Assembly: GCF_001194135.2 (NCBI RefSeq)
Contig: NC_068985.1
Span: forward strand, 31,551,558-31,615,557
From: Octopus bimaculoides
Lineage: Eukaryota
Direction: 5' to 3'
Length of the DNA stretch: 64,000 nucleotides
Shown: one piece after another, positions 40,576 through 53,165 of the stretch
Position numbering within the stretch: position 1 is the first letter of the stretch
Layout of the letters: the number at the start of each line of letters is the position of its first letter
The notes under the pieces: model-generated
Told to the model about the DNA's origin: nothing
What the model saw: the letters and a program-made list of their open reading frames with translations, nothing else
Databases searched by the model: none
Program-made: the position numbers and the translations under genes

Positions 40576-40639
40576 GGGTGGCTTATAAATCACTGAGGCA
40601 CTTCTAAGACCTGGACAACTGATCCTTAAGCTGGTAACT
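40576..40639 (+). promoter_or_regulatory. Candidate promoter / first exon A for NKY
   Basis: GGGTGG box, TATAAAT at 40584-40590 and a donor-like CTG|GTAACT at 40634. Motif-only evidence. Confidence 0.2.
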
Positions 40640-40683
40640 GACATAAACTTTGCCAAAAGCAACTCTAATCCTAAATCTACCCC

Positions 40684-40724
<41 letters not shown>

Positions 40725-43700
40725 TTTGTACACATAATATTGTTTCTAGAAAGGTGAGGGGGGAAAGATTTAACTTGTAAGATTTCAATATGGAAGTTTT
40801 GCAGCAAGTCTTCAACCTAACATCACTTTGTTTCTTTTAATATAAACGTTATGATAACATGGAAATGTACAAAACTTGCAGCACCATTGATATCCTACTT
40901 CAAACATATAGCATCATATAAATCCGTGCACATTAAGATATTTACATAAAATGCAACTTGAATAACAATAAAAAAAAATAAATCCTGTCGCATATTGAGT
41001 AATAACATCTACCTAGTGACCATTCATATATTGTATAACCAATAAATTTCAAATGTCTTGAAAATTATGATAATTTGTTTTAGAAATGGACCATTATAAA
41101 AATAATTGCCATTTTAAGCAGTAAAGTAATTTATCTAATTACTTTTGAATTACCTCTTTAAATAGTTTTTGACTGATCACAACATAGAGTCAACAACAAT
41201 ATATCTCACTGGTAATTATTTTAGCCACTTTAATAATCAACACATGAACTAAAAACAAATATAGATTAAATAAAACACTGTAATGTATATGTCTATTGTT
41301 CAGCTGTTTCTGCCAGCTCGCTGCTCTTCATTAGAGCAAATCAAAAAATATTAATCTTAACTCAGAATATAATACATAATAAAAAGAACATCAAAAGTAA
41401 ACACTTCAAAAAATATGGGCAAGAATTTTAAAGACTAAATAGAAGAGAGCTCATGTTTGGTTTTTATGGAAAGGCATAAATCACAGCTGACTAGGAGGGA
41501 ACATCAATGTACAATTAATGAATAGATAATGAAAACTAGAGTATTAGTTAATTGGTTAAGTACTTTAGTTTAACCATCAGACATTGTCACTTAATTCACC
41601 ATTAGGTGTTGACAACATTGTTAATTAATCATACGACATTCTGTGATAATTGTGAGATATGCTTATGATTGACATTTCTATAAATTCTTTCTGTCTAAAA
41701 ATTCACTTATAGTGAATTCATTAAAAAATTTTAATGAGTTTTCAAGTTACAGATGGAAATATAACTTCATTTTTATTGCTAACTGAAAAAAAGAAATAAT
41801 AAACCCTCATTCTTGGAAACACATGGACTATATTTCTTGTGTTTTTAACATGATTTCATGTTGACTGTGTTCTACTATAGTCTCTCTCTCTCTCTCACAC
41901 ACACACATGTCCAACCCAGAGTAGGCATAAAATTAAGATGATGAGAATAATATATATATATATGTGTGTGTGTGTGTATAGATAGATAGATAGATAGAAA
42001 GAAAGATAAATAGATAGAAAATTTAGATAGATAGACAGATATACAGGTGAGTGTAGTTTATTTAAGGTTGCCAAGTACAACACTCCAGCTAAATTATTGA
42101 ACTCTATGCTTGTATCCAATACTTCACTAGACTATTTCACAACAATATATATACATATATTTGCCTGTGTATATGTGTGCATACACATACACACTAGAAC
42201 ACATGCACATTTTGTGTGCGTATGTGAAACAAAGCAATCTAATAATTGATCACCACTATTTGAAAGAACATATGTTTGCCAATCATGTAACCTACATCTA
42301 TTGATGATCTATAAATCACTGCATTTTGAGAAGAAAGTTGTGTAATAGCTGTCATAAAAGTTGCATATCTCTGGCTCCTTCAAGTCAGTTTCTGAGTTTT
42401 AGAACCTTTTCAGCTGCAAACAAATACAATCCAAACTCCATCACAAAAAAAAAATTACAAATATATTAAAAAAAATACATTCATATGCCATAGGTTTTAC
42501 TGAAGATGTAACAATTTATTTTCAGACAATAGTAGTGATTATTTAACCATAAATTAATCTTGGAGGCACATGGCTTAGTGGTTAGGGTGTTGATTGTGGT
42601 TTCAATTCCTGTATTGGGTGATGCATTATGTTCTTGAGCAAAACACTTCATTTCACATTACTCCAGTCCACCTAGCTGGCAAAAATGAATAATCATGTGA
42701 TGGACCAGCATCCCATTCAGAATCTGGGAAGGTCCTTTGAGCCTTTTTTTTCTTTTCAGTTCTGATCAAAGACACTCCAGCTATGAACATCATGTCTTTG
42801 TATTTTCAGATCAAAAGTATATAGGACTACATTTATCCAATGTTTTCTTCTTCACTTTAAGGTAGGAAAGAGTAGCTTGTAGGAAATTTTTGCTTTTATT
42901 TCTTGCAAGTGTATAGCTACACAAAATTTCCATTATTGGCTTCTAGTGATCAGTGGACAAAATTATAAACAGAAATAAAAATATAAGCTGTTACAAATTT
43001 TAAAAAAGTAAATAGTTTCTCATTTGCATTGTTGCAGGGCCCCAAAAATTGTTTGCAGAACATTTCTGGCAAACAAACTCTATGTATTCCAGCAAAACCT
43101 CCATAAATGTTATTGGGCAAAAGAAAATTTTGTAGTTTAGTGACAGAATTTCCTAGCTGCTATGATACTAAAAGGACAATAGAAGTAAAATGTGTCATGT
43201 AACTCAACAAAATAAACTTCCTAAATAAGAACAAAAAATAGCGTTGACTTTCAGTGTTGTAAATAATTCAATTATTTACCTAGTACCCTTGAGAAGGGCA
43301 TGAATATTACAAACTATTTCCTTCATTTATAAATGTTTGGCCTTGTTTCTCATAATTTATTTGCATGTAACAGCTAAGCTTGATGGTTGCAAGTTTAAAG
43401 TCCTCAACTACTAAGTGATACTTAATAAGTTCAAAGCTTGCTACTTCCAGCTGTATTATTTCATGAAAGAACACACAGTAACAATAATTGAATCAAAATT
43501 CAAATCAACAAAGATTACTTTATTGCTGCCATCATAGAAAAATGGATTATAAACCAAGTTGTTAAAAAAAAAACCCTTCAGTCAGTGATTCATAAAATTA
43601 TTAGGCAGAAAATAATCAAAATACACATCCTCAATAAAACATACAATATTTGAACACATATGAATATCTGTTATATATTCACAATGATGTATTTGATTTT

Positions 43701-43929
43701 TGTCAAAATTACTATCTGTATGTAGCAAAAAAGGCTCTAATAGCAAAATGAATTCCTAAACTGAGAAAATTACTTCAATAAATAGGACTAAACGTGAAAA
43801 TAGTACAATTCAGTCATTAGGAAGGTACACAAGAAGGCAGATTAATTTGTAATGCCTTATTTCAAATCCACAATCAGTTTACTTATTCCTCACCCAAATA
43901 GAGATATTAAGAAGTGATCATATTAGAGT

Positions 43930-44030
43930 GGGCGGTGTTAGAAATACATATAAGGAACTCCAAATGTCCAACAGAATTTATAGCCACATCCAAATAAATA
44001 TTAATCTAAAATGATTTTTCAAAGGTAATA
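43930..44030 (+). promoter_or_regulatory. Candidate promoter / first exon B for NKY
   Basis: GGGCGG at 43930-43935, TATAAG at 43949-43954 and a donor-like AAG|GTAATA at 44025. A similar TTTTTCAAGGTAA context occurs at 23181 and 62415. Confidence 0.25.
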
Positions 44031-44573
44031 ATATTTAGTTTTGTAAACTGAAGGTTTACCAGTATTGATTAACTTCCTAGATAGATTGCATTTGCTATGG
44101 CTGCAAAGCCACATCTCTCCCTAAACTGTTGTATGTTTGGATTATTTAGTTTCCAAGAGAGATTAGCTTTACTACAGATGTGAAGTTACATTGATCTAAA
44201 AACTATTGGGCTTGTTTGGATTATTCAGATTCTTAGCCGGGCTAACCCTACCCACTATAGCTTTGATATAGGTGCGTAGGTGGGGCAGAAAGTTACTACA
44301 TTTATCAGGCAGTTTTCATAGCCTGAGACAGATGAGCAAAAATCCTCTCCAAAAGAGAGGGGAAGGTTGTTCATGGCTAGTACGTTGTTTATTAAGGCAA
44401 TCTTCAACAGAATAAGAGACTGAGGCAGGGCTTCACTAGTCAAAACTTCAAAGTCACTGTCAATACTATTTTTGTTGAAGAATAATAAATTTTTACACTA
44501 CAAAAAGTATTGAGTGGTCCTTCAGTTTAATGTAAAATTATTTTATCATAACTTCAAACAACAACAAACATTA

Positions 44574-44609
<36 letters not shown>

Positions 44610-45890
44610 CACATATATACACATATATACACACACACATATATATATATATANNNNNNNNNNNNNNNNNNNNNNNNNNNNNNNNNNNNNNNNNNNNNNN
44701 NNNNNNNNNNNNNNNNNNNNNNNNNNNNNNNNNNNNNNNNNNNNNNNNNNNNNNNNNNNNNNNNNNNNNNNNNNNNNNNNNNNNNNNNNNNNNNNNNNNN
44801 NNNNNNNNNNNNNNNNNNNNNNNNNNNNNNNNNNNNNNNNNNNNNNNNNNNNNNNNNNNNNNNNNNNNNNNNNNNNNNNNNNNNGTGCTTTGAAACTCTT
44901 CAGATGTCCTACCAGTTGAAATCAATGATTTTATTGAATAGAATTTAATTCTACCTTCAGACAGTGAAATATTTCATAAATATTTTACTAATTGGTTTAG
45001 ATTATTACTAATACTTGTGTTATCATAAACGTAAGTTTATTTCATTATTTATATTTTATTATATGCTTTATTTTAACAATGCTCCACCCCCCAGCCCAAA
45101 TAAAGCAGTAGTTATAAATTACTCAATAGTTATAATCAACTTTAATGACAAGATTCATTAAATACCATAAAAAAAAAATTAGTCAGTAATGAAACATACA
45201 TGTAAAAAATTGCATATTTTCGGAGAATTCTTTACATTCATCTCTCTCTCTCTCTAGATTTCATAAGTTTGAATTATATGATTTTAATGTTTTTTTGTTT
45301 GTTTTTTTTTAATTAAAAATTATCTGATGCTATGTAGTACTTAAGAAGACAGCCATCTCAAAGAACTGAGGTTCTGAAAGCAAAATGTCTATATACACAA
45401 TTGAGCTTTCACCTAATTTTTTCATTTTATCTTTCCTTTAGCACCTCATTCTCTATCACCGATCTCTACACTTGCCAACTGCAGTATTCTGCTGCTGGGA
45501 TCAAATGAGGGTAGAACAACATATTTCATCATCTTTCTGTGAAACCAGTTCTCTTTCTCTTCATCATCTTTACATTGTCCCTCTTCACTCACATCTTATA
45601 CAGGTCACTCCATCCTTCTATACTACTAATTATCTCTCCCCCTTCGCTGAATATGCTCAAAAACACACACACAAATAAACCTGATCAAATGATTGAAATA
45701 CTTCATAATTAAAAAAAACAACTGATTGGTAAAATTTGTGAAGAAACCATATGCATGTATGTGTGAATTGTATGTATACATAAATGTGCATGTGCATTGT
45801 ATACATGGATGTATATATGCCTAACCCATGACAGCAGTCCCACTAATAATAGCATGGAAAATGGATGTTAAGTGATGATGATGATGATGA

Positions 45891-45955
<65 letters not shown>

Positions 45956-46733
45956 CATAAAGGCACATTTAGATTCATTATGAACAAGAATTGTGTATTG
46001 ATGTACAGTTGATATAGTTGCAATAGAACCATATCATTATTGGCAGATTATAGAATAAGATGAGTATAGCTAACATGAGAGGGATAAACTGAATTTGAAG
46101 AACGAAAATGGATACAACATTGTCACTGTCCCAAGAGGGTTCAACATGCTAGAAACTTCTTTCAGTCACTGGTGAAGTTTTTGCAGAAGGTTTCAACTCA
46201 AGTGACACACCTATACAATTAGTGTTGGTTGTCAGTTTTCCATGGGTTATTTGACTTCAATGCACATAACCTAATGTATGATGTCTTGATAGCTCCAGTG
46301 GTTGTAGTGATGGCTGTAATTGCTAAGCAATTGTTTTATTACCAGAACATTCCAGTCAATAAAATCCACTATGTTAAATACTGATAAAGATAAAGTAAAG
46401 AACAAAAAAGACAAGAATACAGGGGTAAAATAAGAGTGATAAATGATTATTTTGAAGAATGATAGCAGCAATAACTTTGGGACTGTAAATCAAAATGATA
46501 AGGCAATGATCAAGATATATTTTTTATGAAGAAATCTGTAATAGTTTCTTTTCATTTTCCATCCCACATTTTCGTTATTCTCTAAAACTAAAGAATAGTA
46601 GTGAGTTCAATTTCAATTTTTTCCAACTGAAATGTCATAGTAATAAAAACACGTTTACAAGCATCACATAAACAGAATTTTTTAGATTCATGTTGAATTA
46701 TTCAAAATTATATAATGTAATATTCAGTAATAG

Positions 46734-46761
46734 TTTTTTTTATACTTTCAGTTTTTATCAG
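46734..46761 (+). promoter_or_regulatory. 3' splice acceptor(s) upstream of the NKY start codon
   Basis: Polypyrimidine tract TTTTTTTTATACTTTCAG (AG at 46750-46751) and an alternative ATCAG (AG at 46760-46761), just before the ATG at 46770. Confidence 0.65.
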
Positions 46762-46769
46762 AATACAAC

Positions 46770-47108
46770 ATGAAGCAGTATTTCAGCAGCCAGTTAATAA
46801 TTTTCACCTTCTGTTGTATTGGAGTGATATTGTCTGGAGGAATTTGGGAAGGAAATCATGAAAATGCTGACAAGAACTTACTATCATTGATCACCAGAGC
46901 TGCAGTAGCAACACGAGACAATGCACTTATGGCACCACCAAGTGGATATCAAGGTCGAATGCCATCATATTATATACGAACCCAAAGAGAACTCAAAAGA
47001 GAACCAAACTGGATATGGATGCCATCCCATGGCTATGTTCCTGTCCCAGAGCCTTCCAATGTTAGAAGTTCTGAAAGTCGTGGTAGCACTATTTTGAGAT
47101 ATGGTTAA
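46770..47108 (+). CDS. NKY: Neuropeptide KY (NKY-2-type) precursor, 112 aa
   Basis: True ATG and a hydrophobic signal peptide (about residues 1-23). K76-R77 cleavage site, then EPNWIWMPSHGYVPVPEPSNVRSSESRGSTILRY-G-stop (amidation Gly). The WIWMPxxGYVxVP and I[LM]RYamide motifs match lophotrochozoan NKY-2 as I recall it from Platynereis. Confidence 0.9.
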   Translation: MKQYFSSQLIIFTFCCIGVILSGGIWEGNHENADKNLLSLITRAAVATRDNALMAPPSGYQGRMPSYYIRTQRELKREPNWIWMPSHGYVPVPEPSNVRSSESRGSTILRYG

Positions 47109-47227
47109 ATATGAAATCATCTTGGAATAACATGAACATTTAAGTAACTGCTAACATTGGATAACTCTGTATTTCTCTTGTTTCTTACAATGACACATAC
47201 ATTTTGGATTTCACATTCCCACATAAA

Positions 47228-47233
47228 AATAAA
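47228..47233 (+). terminator. Candidate polyadenylation signal AATAAA
   Basis: First AATAAA about 120 nt after the stop codon. Others follow (e.g. 47335), so the one used is unknown. Confidence 0.35.
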
Positions 47234-49560
47234 TTTACAATACCTCTATAGCAATTTGTCTGATTCTTATTATGGCCATAAAGCAAGGTTCTTAGTTTTG
47301 TATTTGACAAATGCAATATAAGCAATTTAAAGCAAATAAACATCATAATGAAGCTTATTTTTTAACAACAGGTTGAAAATAAGATCATAACAAAGTATAA
47401 TAAAACTTAAAACAGAAGGTATAAATTTTGTATTTCTGTACAAAATAAGAATTATTCTTTATGTATGTGTATATAAAGAATTTTGCAGATATTGCATTAA
47501 AAGAAACACCTAATGTGTCTCATATGCTGAAGTTTGACCACTAACATGATGATTTACTGAAAACAAATTGAAGTGGTAGAAAAATAGATAAGATTTAAGT
47601 TGTCTTCAATGTGATATAGTATCACAAATAGTAGACTGGGGTACAGTATGGATAATGACATGTATTGAAGATTGAAAAAAAAAAGAAAAAGGTTTTTCTT
47701 TCCACACAAAAGAGAGATTGATGTGTTTTCTAACACATTAAAATATTGAAAGAAGACCGAGAACTACTTCATATTCATATGAATTAAGATAAATATGATT
47801 GATAGTTTGTAATAGAAACTGATCTCTAAACTATACTGTGAGAATGACTAAGAATTAGAAGCAATAGAAGTTTTGCTCCAAGTGAAAATTGATGAAATGA
47901 CTCTATGGTAGTAATTGATGATTTGTTTTAAAAACTGAAGAAAACTGGAGGAAGAAAATGCCACAGACAGAAAATAAACAGTATAACAAAAATGAGGGTG
48001 ATTGTAACAAAGTGTAGCAATTATAAATAGATAATATTGACAAATTCTTATTTCTACTGTATTCAACAATTACCAAAAGTAAATTATTTGGAATTTGAAA
48101 TTTACATTTTTTCCAGGATGTTTCTGCAAATTCACATTTATTGATAAATTTTTAAAAATAATGATAATGTAGCTCAACTAATAAGATGTGAAGTGGAAGA
48201 GATGTCAATTTTCCAATAAAGACAAGTAAAAGAAGAGAACTGAATGAAAGCATTTTGAATCACAATCAATTTTAGCCTATTTTTAATAACAATAACTTGG
48301 GATGATCTTGCCTACCATCTATTTTCTCTGTAAACAATAAATTCAACTAGAAGGAATATATAAAGCTAACACAATGTCATTATATTGAAAGAAAAACATT
48401 CATTTTAACACTTTTCTGTGTTGAATGATGGTCATTATAATGAGTTCCATAATTCACTAGAATTTTAATAAAGACTTGGTGTAATTTCAGGATATTTGGG
48501 ATAAGCACACAAGACTAGCAATTGACAGAAGACTAATCAATTCTTTGATCAACTACTTTTCTTTAATGGTTCTTACTTCATTTGGTTTGACCAGAGTCAC
48601 TCAACAATAAGCTCCAATTAACTGAAGAAAGAATTGTAAATTATATATATCATGCTGCTCTTTTTTGAATCATTTAAATTAATACTAAAGTTAAATGAAA
48701 GACTATCTATTTTACAGTTTCTATTTCACTTCAGAAATGTTTTCTTCTCTACCAAAGAGATTTAGAATAAATCAAAGCTGGGGTTCCCTTCTCTTCCTGT
48801 AATAGAGTTAATTATGAATTAAGTGGCAAATAACAGTTGCAAACTACAGACTGCAATGGTTTCCATCTTTTTTCCTTAAAATTTACACATAATATTTTTC
48901 AATATTTTTGAATCACACTACAAATTATTTCACCAGTTCCTTTAAGACACCCAGCCTATTTCTAAATTTTCAATAATGCAAAAAGATATTTTTGCAAGAC
49001 ATGTAATCCTTAATCTTGTCCCCACTAGTTGGTTTTGGACTCTTGGTAAAAATAAAATGATTTCACTGAATGTCATTAGTTTCACACTAAAAATAAGCAT
49101 TGGGGTTATTCAATGAACTATATGGCTTCCTAACAAATTTATGGCTTTGTGTCAAGGATGTGAAAAATTAGGTAAACTGATAAATTATTTCTTCAGTTCT
49201 ATATTAACAATATTCATTTGAGGGAGAAGCAGTAGTAGTGCATCAGACTAAATGCTATACAATACTACATGCAGTATCCTGTGGTATTGTGTCATAAATT
49301 AGGTAAACTGACAATATATTTCAAAATATTCTTTTACTCTTTTACTGGGTTCTGTCATTGGACTGCAAGCATGCTAAGGTTCAAATTTAAGGGTTCCAGT
49401 ATTTATTTCAGCCTGGTACTTATTCTATTGATCTCTGTTTGTCAAAACATTATGTTATATGAGACATAAGAGACATAACATAAATATGCACATGCATACT
49501 TGCATTTGCACACACATGCATGCATACAGACAGACAGACAGGCAGGCAGGCAGGCAGGCA

Positions 49561-49626
<66 letters not shown>

Positions 49627-50129
49627 CACACACACACAATGGGCTTTTACAGTTTCAAGCAACTGAATTCCACTCACAAGGCACTGCTTAGTAAAAGACA
49701 TTTGTTCATAGCGCTCTGAAGCAGGGCTGAATCCAAAATGTTTGCGAAGCAAACTTCTTAACTACACAGCTGTGCATGCATCAATGTATCAGGTAAGAAA
49801 TTTAGTTAAACATTATTTGCTTGACTATTCATTATGGATGGTATCCATCAATGGGTAATTAAGCTTTATAAGTTTCCTGAAAGGTAGGAAATGTTAGATG
49901 TTGCATTCATGCTTCTGAAAACAACAGTGTTAGTATGTAAAGTGAAAAGGCTCAAAGTGGGAATCAAACCCAGTCATAAACACAACTAATGTGAGACTCA
50001 CCATCTACTTTAGGTTCACCTCATTTTGTACAAAAGCTGTAGCTGAGACTCAAACCCATTCATTATATTAGTAATTTCTTCTAATTTACAATACCTACCA
50101 GGCCCATGAACCACACCCAGCTCTAAATG

Positions 50130-50705
50130 CAGACATCTCATAGGATGGATCCTATGAACCTTCATGACAAAATAGCCAGTAGCGATGCTTACTCTATGTA
50201 AAACCTTAGTTCTGAGCAGATTGGATTACTGCTCATAGCTTGGTTTACTAGCTCATGTGGTCTCATAGATGAAATTGAAGAGTTATAAAGAATGTTCACC
50301 CATAAAATAACGTTGGTTAAAAGACTTGATAACTGAGAACGTCTGAAAGCTCTGTATGTCTACTCTCTTGAATGTTGAAGAGAGAGACATACTATCATAT
50401 ACAGGAAAATCCTGCAGGAGCATGTTACAAACTTTGGCATTAGAGAGAATTTTAAAGCAGAAACTGGGAGATACTGTCAGCTTCCAAATATACCACTTTT
50501 GAAATCACGAGCAAAAACACTCTATTGTACCAGTCTGATATTCAGAGGTCCTCAAATTGTTCAACTGCCTATCTAAAGGGACCTCTACTGAAACATTAAA
50601 AAAAAAAACATTGGATAAACTACTAATGATGATACCATATCATTCAACCATTCAAGGATACACTCAGGGAAGATCAGCTGCTATAAACCCAATCATAGAT
50701 CAACT
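50130..50705 (+). mobile_element. CR1/L2-type LINE 3' fragment
   Basis: Degenerate GWILxTF...MLTLCKTLVLSRLDYCS, RLKALxxYSLE..RER and FRGP..FNCL motifs. Confidence 0.75.
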
Positions 50706-51594
50706 TCCAGCCATAAAATGACAACAAAATTGATAGAAAATAAATTAAGGCAGTGCTTTAGCATGGCCACAGTCCTGCAACTGAAACCGTTAAAAGAATA
50801 AAAGTAAAGAAAGGCTGATGATGATAGGTAATATAGGATAAATTGAAATTTGTGGACACTTTCATTACTTATATTTGATCCAGAATTTCTCAAATTTCGA
50901 AATTTGTTTTGAGAATTTATCCCTAACACCTGTGAAGTAAGTCATACATTATGATGATAAAAGCAAATATTGTTTATCATAAAGCAAAAACTTTGTGCCA
51001 TAATGTTTAAATAACATATATATGAGCATAGAACTGTGAAGAATCTTTCACTAAGGACACTAGCAAAATCCATGTGTTTGCACTATACTTGAATACGTAG
51101 AACAGTACTAAATTTATCTAACAACAGTAATGTTTCCTTACAAAGCCATATTATTGGTTTTCTGTATTTTTAACTATATTTTGTTTAAAAGATTAATAAA
51201 CTACTACTTTGCTTTAGCCAACTGAATATGTCATGAAGGTTGCTCCCATGAAGGTGAACCCATATAAAGAGATTGTAAAACAATAGCACTAAATAAAAAA
51301 GCTCAATTAAGAACTGTTTGTTTTCATAATTTCATTATTTTCTATAAAAACATTTCATAAGAACTAGAAGGATTTATTCATTTGTTTTACGTTCATTCTC
51401 CTTGCTAACAAGAGCATGTATTAACAAGAGACATTATCTTATAGCCATATGCACCTCCAAGCATTTAATACTTAACTGTTTTTCAAGTAAGGGATCTTTT
51501 ATTTCACACATCTCTGAAGGTATGAAGGTATTTGTTGATAGGAGAAATACCAACAACAATGAATAACTTTTGGTAAATACAGTTCTATATTTGA

Positions 51595-51809
51595 GAGAAG
51601 CGCAGGCTACTAACCCCAAGATTTCAAGTTCGATTCCAGGCAGTGACCTGAATAATAATGAGAATAACATCAAAGAATACCTTAGGAATGAGAACCCAGG
51701 TTTGAAATTTCCCCAAGACACCTGATGAAGGCTGGAGGGTATATCAGCCGAAACGTTGTGTTAACAACAAACAAGATGAGGACAAATATCCATCAAATGT
51801 AAATAATGT
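51595..51809 (+). mobile_element. tRNA-headed SINE-like element carrying a hammerhead motif (copy A, 5'-truncated)
   Basis: tRNA-like GGCTACTAACCCCAAG..AGTTCGATTCC (B box), (AAT)n, hammerhead motif and a tail ending CAAATGTAAATAATGT. Homolog at 54651-54901. Confidence 0.8.
51717..51762 (+). ncRNA. Minimal type I hammerhead ribozyme, predicted to act as a dimer
   Basis: GACAC-CTGATGA-A-GGCTG gagggtatat CAGCC-GAAAC-GTT-GTGTT: stem I GACAC/GUGUU, intact core, 5-bp stem II and palindromic AACGUU stem III. Predicted cleavage after 51757 (GUU). Confidence 0.7.
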
Positions 51810-51947
51810 TTCAGTAAATAATTTTCATAGCGTGTAAATATACATAAACACACAGAAACACACACACATGCATAAACAAGAGAGTGAATTTGGTAGAAGG
51901 AAACTGAAAAATGCTCCTCTTTATGTATATAAGCATCTGTGTGTGTA

Positions 51948-51989
<42 letters not shown>

Positions 51990-52717
51990 TGAGCTGGTGT
52001 CGCCTTGTCTTGATATTGTGTGATTGTTGTGAGTGTCACTGTCATACAAGTAGTGCTCTTAGTTACCAATCTTTTGTGAAAACATGTCTGGTCATGGGGG
52101 AAATGTTACCTTACTTGGAAACAAATGAGAGTTAGTAACAGGAATGGCATCCAGCTGTAGAAAATCTACCTCAACAAATTCAATCTAACCCATGCAAGCA
52201 TGGAAAAGAGGATGGTAAAATGATGATGATGATGGTGATGATTACACACACACACACACACAGAGGTTTATTTCAGTTTCTATCAAATTCACTCACAAGG
52301 CTTTGGCTGGCCTGAGGCTACAGTAGAAGGCACTTGCCCAAAGTGTTGTACAGCAGAGCTGAACCAAAAGCCATATGTTTAGGAAGTGAAGAAGTAACCA
52401 CACAGCCATGCTTGCATCTATGCATAGTAAATAAAGAATGATTTTAATGATAGCAGGGAATAAATAATAATGAAAAAAGAAGCAGTTAACAAATAGCATT
52501 CACTGTAATATGTTGAAATTTTAGGAATTAGTGTTGATGATGGTGTATTTACAGCCTATTCAATCTTTAAATTTTTTAAATACAGAAAGATCAATATTAA
52601 CTGAAATGAAGCATCAATCATTTTATACAGTTATTGTTTGTCGCACTGATGAAATGAACATTGCAAAAGTAACATTTTACATCTAGGCATGACATATTAA
52701 TTAAAAATATACAAATT

Positions 52718-52868
52718 CAGGAATGGTTGTGTGGTAAGAAGTTCGTTTCCCAACCACATGAATCTAGGTTCAGTCCCACTACATGGCACCACCTTGGGCA
52801 AGTGACTTCTCCTGTAATCACAGGTTGATCAAAGTCTTGAAAGTGCATTTGGAGTGTATTTTGCCATT

Positions 52869-52918
<50 letters not shown>

Positions 52919-53165
52919 ATGCATGCGTGAATGCTCTTTCAGTCTTAACATCACATCATAGGTGTAAAAGAGTGTTACAGTCAGGCAAGCAGTGTTGTTT
53001 GGTTCCGATCATCTATAAAATCTGGTCAGGGGGAAATATTACCTCAGTTGGAAACAGGTGAGGGTTGTTAACAGGAAGGGCATCCAACCACAGTAAATCT
53101 GCCTCATCAAATTCTGCCTGACCCATACAAGCATGGAAAAGTGGACATTAAAATGATGATGAAGA
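52718..53165 (+). mobile_element. tRNA-derived SINE, near full length
   Basis: Homologous to 14451-14880, with a (TG)n centre and a (GAT)n tail. Confidence 0.8.

Noticed and set aside
20298-49752. ORFs with CVCV, HTHT, YIYI or ERER runs
   Set aside because: Translations of dinucleotide microsatellites.
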